A stretch of DNA of 63,788 nt, the filler included, from Octopus bimaculoides (taxonomy: Eukaryota), in assembly GCF_001194135.2 (NCBI RefSeq). It is 10 parts of 8 records of this genome, joined end to end, with 100 filler letters (N's around TTAATTAATTAA, not from the genome) between each part and the next. Parts side by side here need not be neighbours in the genome. Positions count along the whole stretch, not along the records: positions 40,047 to 57,564 come from NC_068994.1; positions 57,665 to 60,474 come from NC_068991.1; positions 60,575 to 62,592 come from NC_068990.1; positions 62,693 to 63,788 come from NW_026342822.1; 6 more parts are not named here. One strand, given 5' to 3'. Of the stretch, positions 54,362 to 63,788 are shown one piece after another. The number at the start of each line of letters is the position of its first letter. Position 1 is the first letter of the stretch. Below the pieces are notes generated by a model. That model was not told the DNA's origin. It saw only the letters and a list, made by a program, of their open reading frames with translations, and did no database searches. The translations under genes and the position numbers were made by a program.

Positions 54362-56564
54362 NNNNNNNNNNNNNNNNNNNNNNNNNNNNNNNNNNNNNNN
54401 NNNNNNNNNNNNNNNNNNNNNNNNNNNNNNNNNNNNNNNNNNNNNNNNNNNNNNNNNNNNNNNNNNNNNNNNNNNNNNNNNNNNNNNNNNNNNNNNNNNN
54501 NNNNNNNNNNNNNNNNNNNNNNNNNNNNNNNNNNNNNNNNNNNNNNNNNNNNNNNNNNNNNNNNNNNNNNNNNNNNNNNNNNNNNNNNNNNNNNNNNNNN
54601 NNNNNNNNNNNNNNNNNNNNNNNNNNNNNNNNNNNNNNNNNNNNNNNNNNNNNNNNNNNNNNNNNNNNNNNNNNNNNNNNNNNNNNNNNNNNNNNNNNNN
54701 NNNNNNNNNNNNNNNNNNNNNNNNNNNNNNNNNNNNNNNNNNNNNNNNNNNNNNNNNNNNNNNNNNNNNNNNNNNNNNNNNNNNNNNNNNNNNNNNNNNN
54801 NNNNNNNNNNNNNNNNNNNNNNNNNNNNNNNNNNNNNNNNNNNNNNNNNNNNNNNNNNNNNNNNNNNNNNNNNNNNNNNNNNNNNNNNNNNNNNNNNNNN
54901 NNNNNNNNNNNNNNNNNNNNNNNNNNNNNNNNNNNNNNNNNNNNNNNNNNNNNNNNNNNNNNNNNNNNNNNNNNNNNNNNNNNNNNNNNNNNNNNNNNNN
55001 NNNNNNNNNNNNNNNNNNNNNNNNNNNNNNNNNNNNNNNNNNNNNNNNNNNNNNNNNNNNNNNNNNATATATATATATATATAGATATATATGTATATGT
55101 ATACAAATAAATGCATACATGTGTATATTTCGGTAAATATATCTGTGCGTGTGTGTGTGTGTTTTTGTGTGTTTGTGTCTGCGTCTATGAGTATATGTGT
55201 GTATGTGTATACATATATGCATGTGTCCGTGTTTGTACAGAGGACAGAGATGAATAACGAAACGATGTTGATACAAAAGACCATAATAGCTTCATGCTAA
55301 ATGGACAAAGGAAACATCACATTCATCGACAATAAAAGATGAGAGAATAAAAAAAAAAAAATTCCCAGGAAAACTTCGCGGGCAGGAAATTCGGTTAATT
55401 ATAAACCCCGTATATATAACAGATTCGTGTATGTATACTTATAGTCATACGCCTAGCCAACTAAACAAATGGCTACCATGCGAATATGTCTGTATTTGTG
55501 TGCGCGCAAGCGTGTATGTATATATATATATGTGTGGGTGTGTGTATTTACGTATGCATGTGTAAGTCTGTTAACTTATTGAGCAAGTGCTCGTAATTAC
55601 AGAAAATATAGTAATTAAACTGACTAGATTGTTTCAGAAATAGGAATATCTACACAGATGCTCACACACGATATATATAATGTATATACATATTCATATA
55701 TATATATATATATATANNNNNNNNNNNNNNNNNNNNNNNNNNNNNNNNNNNNNNNNNNNNNNNNNNNNNNNNNNNNNNNNNNNNNNNNNNNNNNNNNNNN
55801 NNNNNNNNNNNNNNNNNNNNNNNNNNNNNNNNNNNNNNNNNNNNNNNNNNNNNNNNNNNNNNNNNNNNNNNNNNNNNNNNNNNNNNNNNNNNNNNNNNNN
55901 NNNNNNNNNNNNNNNNNNNNNNNNNNNNNNNNNNNNNNNNNNNNNNNNNNNNNNNNNNNNNNNNNNNNNNNNNNNNNNNNNNNNNNNNNNNNNNNNNNNN
56001 NNNNNNNNNNNNNNNNNNNNNNNNNNNNNNNNNNNNNNNNNNNNNNNNNNNNNNNNNNNNNNNNNNNNNNNNNNNNNNNNNNNNNNNNNNNNNNNNNNNN
56101 NNNNNNNNNNNNNNNNNNNNNNNNNNNNNNNNNNNNNNNNNNNNNNNNNNNNNNNNNNNNNNNNNNNNNNNNNNNNNNNNNNNNNNNNNNNNNNNNNNNN
56201 NNNNNNNNNNNNNNNNNNNNNNNNNNNNNNNNNNNNNNNNNNNNNNNNNNNNNNNNNNNNNNNNNNNNNNNNNNNNNNNNNNNNNNNNNNNNNNNNNNNN
56301 NNNNNNNNNNNNNNNNNNNNNNNNNNNNNNNNNNNNNNNNNNNNNNNNNNNNNNNNNNNNNNNNNNNNNNNNNNNNNNNNNNNNNNNNNNNNNNNNNNNN
56401 NNNNNNNNNNNNNNNNNNNNNNNNNNNNNNNNNNNNNNNNNNNNNNNNNNNNNNNNNNNNNNNNNNNNNNNNNNNNNNNNNNNNNNNNNNNNNNNNNNNN
56501 NNNNNNNNNNNNNNNNNNNNNNNNNNNNNNNNNNNNNNNNNAAAACAATTATCATTATCATCAT

Positions 56565-56578
56565 CATCATCATAATAT

Positions 56579-56661
<83 letters not shown>

Positions 56662-56807
56662 CCACTACCTCCACCAGAACTTCTGACTCCATGATCATCA
56701 TCATTGACATTAACTTGATCATGTCCATGAGGAGAATGCGCAGGAGAACAAGGACGGGGAGGAGAGTTATAAAATGTGGATTTTGATGATGAAGATGGCA
56801 GTGGTGG

Positions 56808-56840
<33 letters not shown>

Positions 56841-56855
56841 CAATGATGATGATGT

Positions 56856-56914
<59 letters not shown>

Positions 56915-57067
56915 ATAATGATGATGATGATGATGCTGATGATGATGGTGATGATGATGGTGAGGATGATGANNNNNNNNNNTTATAATGATGATGATGA
57001 TGATGCTGATGATGATGGTGATGATGATGGTGAGGATGATGAGGAGGATGACGATAATGACGACGAC

Positions 57068-57139
<72 letters not shown>

Positions 57140-57215
57140 GATGATGGTGATAATGATGATCGTGATGATGATCGTGGTGGTGATGATGAAGATGATGATG
57201 ATGATGAGCAGACGG
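56565..57215. repeat. (CAT)n followed by compound (GAT)n microsatellites
   Basis: Direct sequence. Confidence 0.95.
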
Positions 57216-57694
57216 TGTAGATGGGGGGAGAGTTATAAAATTGTAAAATAAAACTAAGCTCAATAAACAAACAAAAACTGCAAAATAGAGATGACAAACA
57301 ATTGTAAGAGATTAAAAAAAAAAAATATAGCCTTCCCAGCAGCCCTCTGTCCCCTGTCTAGCTAAAATAAAAAGAAAAAAAAATTGATATTTATTTTGAC
57401 GATGACAACAAAAATAGTTGATGACAAATTATAAAAGTATACGCTTACAAATTGAATTAAAACTTTGGAGAACTTTTATCCAATATTGTTTTTAATTTAC
57501 ACATAATTTTGTAATACACAGAAAACGTTGCTGTTTAAGAGAAAGAGAAATAGGAGAGAATGGGNNNNNNNNNNNNNNNNNNNNNNNNNNNNNNNNNNNN
57601 NNNNNNNNTTAATTAATTAANNNNNNNNNNNNNNNNNNNNNNNNNNNNNNNNNNNNNNNNNNNNATATATATCCATATATAAACACATACACAC

Positions 57695-57758
<64 letters not shown>

Positions 57759-58280
57759 CTCTCTCTCTATATATATATATATATGTATATGCACATATAC
57801 ACATATATATTCATTTTCTCTATCTATTTATTTATTTTTGGTGGTGTGTTGGGAGTATATTATAATGTAGGGGTCGGTAACTAAGAATTCTCATATACAC
57901 TTAGACACATAGACATGTTTGTATACATTTTTATTGTTCATCCAAAATGGGCAATTTACGCATGGAGCTCATTAGTAGTAGTTAATATTACAAAGTTCAA
58001 TCCAGACATTATAACGTGTATCTCTGTATCTAAATATTTAATCCTTAGTATGCACATTGAAGCATGAATGTAGTAAAAGTTGCTCTGCGATCACTTTGAC
58101 ACCTGACATGCGGTGTAGAGTGCACCTGTTCAGACAACGTTGATTGAACATATGTGTGACATGAACATTTGATCAATATAAACAAATCATTTGTACAAGT
58201 CATTTGGCAAAAGCTGAACGCTCATATGTTATCTTTGATAGGAGTGTCCATCATGTGTGTGTGTATTTATTAATGAATGT

Positions 58281-58560
58281 ATATGGCTCAGTGATTAGAG
58301 GGCCAGTCTTACAATTGTGAGGTTGTGAGTTCAATTCCTGGACTTGATTGTGTTCTTGAGCAAGACACTTTATTTCACATTGCTCCAGTTCACTGCAGAA
58401 ATGAGTTTTGATGTCACTGGTACCAAGCTGCATCGGATTTTTACCTATTCCTTGAACAACATTGGGGGTATTTAAAGGCAAACAACTTTGCCTGGACTTG
58501 TGTCTTGGAGGGGAACTTTCTGGGTGCATTCCCATGGTCATTCGCGACTGAATGGACTCC
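58281..58560 (+). mobile_element. tRNA-derived CORE-like SINE, second family
   Basis: A box TGGCTCAGTGA, B box GAGTTCAATTCC, CORE-like TTCTTGAGCAAGACACTT, and CCCATGGTCATTCGCGACTGAA tail (tail also seen at 46861-46900). Confidence 0.8.
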
Positions 58561-58580
58561 TGACCAGAAATATATATACT

Positions 58581-58830
58581 TTTTTATTAAGGCTGCAAAA
58601 ACATCACAAAAAACTGTGACTCAGAGTTTCACATTCCTGTTCCTTGGACAGTTGTGATCAAGACTACTTGAAATTTGAGAACATGAAACTCTGAGTCACA
58701 GTTTTTGTGATGTTTTTGCAGCTTTAATAAAAATGCATATTACTCTAACTTCACTATTCGAGTACTATCTTTTCCACATTGTTTTGCTTTTATGTGCTTA
58801 CTCGTGTAATATATAATACCTGTACATCAC
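58581..58830. repeat. Inverted pair of Penelope-like terminal repeats with hammerhead motifs
   Basis: ~52-bp inverted arms at 58581-58634 and 58681-58733. Minus strand 58651-58614 folds as a minimal type I hammerhead. Confidence 0.65.
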
Positions 58831-59316
58831 CTCCAAACCTTCTAATATATACATANNNNNNNNNNAAGAATGATAATAACAGAATCAATGATACAGGCGA
58901 CAGCAGGCCAAAAAAATAGCATTAAATAGCGGAGGGATTAAAATTAATCAAAGGACATATTAAGTATGTCTACCTGCTTGAAATAACAGTCAAATCTCAG
59001 TATTAAATCGGCAAAAATACACTGGTGATAACTACAGAGATCAAACGAAGGTAAATTTGGTTAAGACAATCTACTTACATACATTTAAGTATTTGGATTC
59101 ACATGGACTAGTTTCTGCATTGGCAAAATAAGCCTTAGCTTCTTCAGCATGCATTACCAAGATAAGAGATTCCCAACCTATCCTTCTGAAGTCTATGCCG
59201 CTACTGATTCATTTTGAGCCAAAACCACAGCAGCTTACCAGTGTAAAATAATCTCTAATAACGAGATTTGACTGTTATTTCAATCAGGTAGACATACTTA
59301 GTATGTTCTTTGATTA

Positions 59317-59698
59317 ATAACTATTAATTTCCAGTACCGCTGCCGTAGTCTCCTTTAGAGAGACTTAGAAATATTAATAACTCTATTTCTGAAAACCAGT
59401 GGATAGATTCCACTGAAATTAGATAAATAACCTTCGAGCAGATAGTCAGCAGCGCCGCCTGGCTAAGGCTTGGCTGCTCTGCATTGACAAGGGGCAACAC
59501 CCTGAAACTAGTCTGCAGATGCCAAACCAGCAGGGGGACACTGCTGACCTCCCCTGTTCGAAGGTTATAAAGGACACAGGTTTCGTGTGTCACATAGCTA
59601 GCTAGAGGCGATGGCTTCTTGGAGCTAATTCACGGCAGCTTTCGTCCTAATTTTGGGACTGCCATGTTGGCTTGGCGATAACTATTAATTTCCAGTAC
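59317..59698 (+). mobile_element. 340-bp structured insertion with a 21-bp target-site duplication; candidate retrozyme
   Basis: ATAACTATTAATTTCCAGTAC occurs at 59317-59337 and 59678-59698. The insert is GC-rich, non-coding and densely self-complementary. Confidence 0.75.
59470..59525 (+). ncRNA. Minimal type I hammerhead ribozyme with core transitions
   Basis: Stem I TCTGCA/TGCAGA, core TTGACAA (consensus CTGANGA), stem II GGGG-CAACA-CCCT, GAAA, palindromic stem III ACTAGT, GTC cleavage triplet ending 59513, outer TTGGC/GCCAA helix. Confidence 0.75.
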
Positions 59699-60268
59699 AA
59701 CATCCCCTCATGACATAAAAATGCTAGAAGCTAGGCTGAAAAAAGAAGATGAATGACATCGTCTTCTAATACCGAAGGATTGCCTATATATCTTGTACTT
59801 GTTTCAATCATTAGACTCTGGGCATGCTGGGGCAAAAGAAAAATGATTAGCTTATGAACTTCATTAGCTTACAACTGTTTCTTTTATAGGGTGTGGTGGA
59901 CTCATAGTTGAGTGCCTGAGTAATGCCTTACAGTTTCATTAGAGGCATACGTATATTGATACAAATAATATGTGAGTATATGCATATATGCGTACATGTA
60001 TGTACATACCTACATCTACATGTATATATCGATGCATATTTTGGGTACAGGATGTCACAAAAAACGTGGTCAAAATGAAAAACAGAACATAAACAAAGCA
60101 CGGAAAACAAACTTTTTTTCGGACAACGGTAGGAACACACAGGAAAACAGACAGGCCACATAGGGAACATTTCCTTCATCAGTTGCCCCTATTCTAAACT
60201 AAGTGTTTCGAAGATATTGAGTTCTACACCAGATCATTAGTATCGCAATACCTAAACGATTTATATAT

Positions 60269-60474
60269 ATCATCATCATCATCATCATCGTCGTTTAACG
60301 TCCGCTTTCCATGCTAGCATGGGTTGGACGATTTGACTGAGGACTGGTGAAACCAGATGGCTACACCAGGCTCCAATCTGATTTGGCAGAGTTTCTGCAG
60401 CTGGATGCCCTTCCTAACGCCAACCACTCCGAGAGTGTAGTGGGTGCTTTTACGTGCCACCGGCACGAAGGCCA
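60269..60474 (-). mobile_element. SINE with an RTE-like 3' tail and (GAT)n end
   Basis: Minus strand ends CCAACCCATGCTAGCATGGAAAGCGGACGTTAAACGACGATGATG. Cut by the scaffold join. Confidence 0.7.
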
Positions 60475-60574
60475 NNNNNNNNNNNNNNNNNNNNNNNNNN
60501 NNNNNNNNNNNNNNNNNNTTAATTAATTAANNNNNNNNNNNNNNNNNNNNNNNNNNNNNNNNNNNNNNNNNNNN

Positions 60575-60640
<66 letters not shown>

Positions 60641-61844
60641 ATTATTTAAAATTATAATACAGGGTATCAAGAGATACCACCACGCTGAAAAAATAGCAGT
60701 CAAATCCTGACTCTAAAACCACAATAAATGTCCGCATGGCACGAGTAGCGAAGACGAAGGCCAAATAAACCAGTATATATATATATGTTTGTATGCATAT
60801 ATGAAGAGGTGCATGATAATGTAGGTGTGTATGTGTTGGTGGTTGCCTGTGTGTATGTGTTTCTGCGTTGGTAAGAGATGAACACGATAATGGCTATATT
60901 CCATCGTGTTTTCTCAGTGCGGTAATTCAATTTCTTTTTATCTCTTCAAATGAAAACGAAGAATGCAGTGAACGGAATCATAAGTTCCTAATTGAAGTCT
61001 AGTGATTCTTAATAATGGCCAAATTGAATTATTTGAAAGTCTGAGAAGAAACGCATTACAATCAACTCGCTTTAGTTTTAAAAACGACGATGACGACGAA
61101 ACCAACAAGAGGATAACAACAACTGGGAGAAAGGAAATATGTATAATGGGATATGACATTAATAATATTAAAACTGCGAATGAGATCCATTTTGTAAAGG
61201 TGAGTTGTTGATGTAAATAATACAAGCATTGTTATATATCCTTATGGAATATCTGCCATTTAATATGCTGGGATTCAAGCCATACTGTAATTTGCTATTC
61301 CAATATCGCAGAACAATTCCTTGATCAAGAATATAAAGTATTCTGTAGGTGGGAGAGTGGCAGAATCCTTGTCGTGCCGGCAGAGATGCTTTACCGTATA
61401 CTTTGCGGCTCTCTACGTTCAGATCCCATCTGTCTGGAGAAGGCAACGGAAAACTTCTTCAGTATCCATTCCAGGTCGAATCATGGTAGCCTACTTATCG
61501 GTGTCATGGGAGGGTATGGGCCCTGCCATGTTTCGTATATTGAGTGCAGGAGAAGGTTCACATGCACAGAACCTGCCCACTACCAGAAACATTTGTATTA
61601 GTTTATTTTTTTCAATTCACAAATCGCTCTTTAGACCCTGATGTACGAAACATTGCCACCCTGGGACAGACGTCAGTCAATCGAGGGTAACTGCCTTTTA
61701 CAAGAGTTTGGTGTCAATTTATCGAAAATAGTTGATCGAAATTCGAAAAACATCAAAAGACAAATGGTTGAAGTAGCAATGTCTCGAATCAAAAAATGAT
61801 GGTTTCAAATTTTGGTTGAAGACCAGGGATGAGAGTGTGTGAAT

Positions 61845-61998
61845 CGATGACATCGACCCCAGGACCCAACTGTTATTTATTTTATCGACCTCGAAAAGAT
61901 AAAAGTCAACCTTGGCAGCATTTGAACTCAGATCATAAAGATGAACGAAATGCCGCTAAGCATTTTTGCCCGGCGGGCTAACAATTCTGCTAGCTCGC
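61845..61998 (-). mobile_element. tRNA-derived SINE (family of 511-708)
   Basis: Minus strand GCAGCGAGCTAGCAGAATTGTTAGC...CTGAGTTCAAATGCTGCC. Confidence 0.8.
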
Positions 61999-62269
61999 TG
62001 CTTTATTACAACAAATATTAAAGGACAAAAATGTACGGTGAAAGGGAAGTGGTTGTCTTGATAATTTTTATGAGGGGAATTCTTACAATTAAAATGCAAA
62101 ACAACATACGCGTGCACGCATGTGTCCACAGCGTAAAAACCTGTGAAGCTGGTGCTAATGTCCATTTAGCGTTGATTTCAATTCTGTGCTAATGGAATCA
62201 AATTTAAAGAAAAACCGTAGTAAATATTTTTCTATAAGAAGAACATTATGTAAATGCATTTAACTTCAT

Positions 62270-62592
62270 GGACAGCTGCAACCGAAACTACGAAGCCATG
62301 GTCTGCAGGAAGAGACTCAGCGCCCGCACACCGGAGTTCATTCGAACGCTTTTGAAACAGAGGCTTAGGCTCAATTCAGACAGCTATATGAAGCTGCTGG
62401 AGATTGTGCAGTTAAATCCTGGCTGGACAGGGTTGTTGCTGGAAGGACGTGTGTGGCATCAGGATTCGGTTCCTTGCCATACCGCTGGAAATAATCAGAA
62501 GCGGTCTTCGGAGAATTTCTACGATTCTTCAGACCCAATTTCTGGCTTCCTAATTCTCTAGATTGTAAATCCATGGATTACTATGTGTGGGG
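62270..62592 (+). mobile_element. Tc1/mariner (maT/DD37D-like) transposase fragment
   Basis: WHQDSVPCHT and WLPNSLDCKSMDYYVWG. Cut by the scaffold join. Confidence 0.8.
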
Positions 62593-62692
62593 NNNNNNNN
62601 NNNNNNNNNNNNNNNNNNNNNNNNNNNNNNNNNNNNTTAATTAATTAANNNNNNNNNNNNNNNNNNNNNNNNNNNNNNNNNNNNNNNNNNNN

Positions 62693-62746
<54 letters not shown>

Positions 62747-62931
62747 TACATGTACATAATATATATATGTATGTAGATATATATATTGTTATGTAGATCT
62801 CTCTCTATACCTATATGCACGTGCACAGACCCATGTACGTATAAATATGTGAATATGGCTATAAATATGTATATATCTATATCTATATATATATGTATAT
62901 ATATATATATATATCTATATATATATATCTA

Positions 62932-63013
<82 letters not shown>

Positions 63014-63152
63014 AAATCCTTTTTATATATTTATGTGGTGTTTCTTGTCAAATCATTTTTCTCCTACACAATCTGCAAAAACGTATCTTGTTCAAAAAAA
63101 GTATATAAAAAAACAGGAAGAACAAACGAAAGAAAGAAAGAAAGAGAGAGAA

Positions 63153-63191
<39 letters not shown>

Positions 63192-63579
63192 GAGAGACAG
63201 AGAGAGAGAGAGCGAATCAAAGAAAGGAAAAGAATAACAACAAAAGATAAATGACATAAATATACGTAACACGTGCCGTAGATATGAACTCGCGATAAAG
63301 GTAGTTTGTTGTCAATGGTCTAACACCCTATTCACTAATTCATTTGATGTACACCGAAATATGTTGCCTTATGTATTTATTTATTTACTTCGTTTTTGAG
63401 ACTATTTCACAATGCAGACGAAAAAATAAAAGGGTGAAAAAAGATATGAGGGCTCCGTGTCTTAGCGGAATGTAAAAAAGGGGGAAAAAAACAAAACAGA
63501 AAAGAAAGCTAATACTGTGATGTATACTTATCTAGTACTAGACACTGACGCCATTTTACTTTTGCCTTATTGAAATAAT

Positions 63580-63750
63580 CCCCGTAGTTGAGTGGTTAAG
63601 AAGTTCCCCTAGCCACTATCTACATGGATTTCGGTTCTATCCCTCTGCGCAGTAATTTGTGATAAGTGTCTGCTGCAACCACTGACTGACCATGGTTTTG
63701 TGTGTGAATTCGGTAGGTAGAAATTCTAAGGAACTTCGTCGTATACAGAC
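63580..63750 (+). mobile_element. Degenerate SINE (family of 31974)
   Basis: GAGTGGTTAAGAAG head, GATAAGTGTC, and GGTAGAAATTCTAAGGAACTTCGTCGTATA. Confidence 0.55.
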
Positions 63751-63788
63751 GTATATGCAGTTATATATATACATATATATATGTATAT

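Noticed and set aside
24806-55284. Many 150-390-aa ORFs containing X
   Set aside because: They are open only because N gaps and (TA)n or (CA)n repeats lack stop codons.
55658-57297. Long poly-Asp/His/Met/Ser ORFs
   Set aside because: Translations of (GAT/CAT)n and N runs, open in several frames with no splice or domain support. In contrast, the acidic tract at 12357-12533 is a true spliced exon.
59522-59556. HDV-like or pseudoknot fold inside the candidate retrozyme
   Set aside because: The nested P1-P4 order is not satisfied, and CTGCTGAC pairs better with 59445-59452.
61002-61205. Possible exon ending in AAG|GTGAGT at ~61200
   Set aside because: Good donor, but no polypyrimidine acceptor and no recognisable protein.

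Overview
AT-rich, microsatellite-saturated eukaryotic genomic DNA. The tRNA/CORE-type SINEs and repeat landscape suggest an octopus (inference, no search run). The window is not one contiguous locus: nine artificial 100-bp joins (44 N + TTAATTAATTAA + 44 N) split it into ten segments, with many other N gaps. One host gene is clear: a compact minus-strand HMGB-family gene (two HMG boxes plus acidic tail, stop at 12357, GT-AG exons with matching phases). The rest is mostly decayed mobile DNA: a Helitron, several mariner/Tc1/maT elements and MITEs, CR1-, RTE- and R4-like LINE fragments, Penelope-like elements, many SINEs and a tRNA-Ser pseudogene. The most interesting object is a 340-bp GC-rich insertion at 59338-59677, flanked by a perfect 21-bp direct repeat. 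It is almost fully foldable and carries a minimal type I hammerhead ribozyme on the + strand, plus a hammerhead-like scaffold across its own end-to-end junction on the - strand. It is a candidate retrozyme or integrated copy of a small circular RNA. Also notable: further hammerhead remnants in Penelope-like terminal repeats, a consensus-matching recursive-splice-site motif at 5670-5711, and a candidate 18-nt start-codon microexon in the HMGB gene. Most long ORFs in the supplied track are artefacts of N runs or microsatellites.
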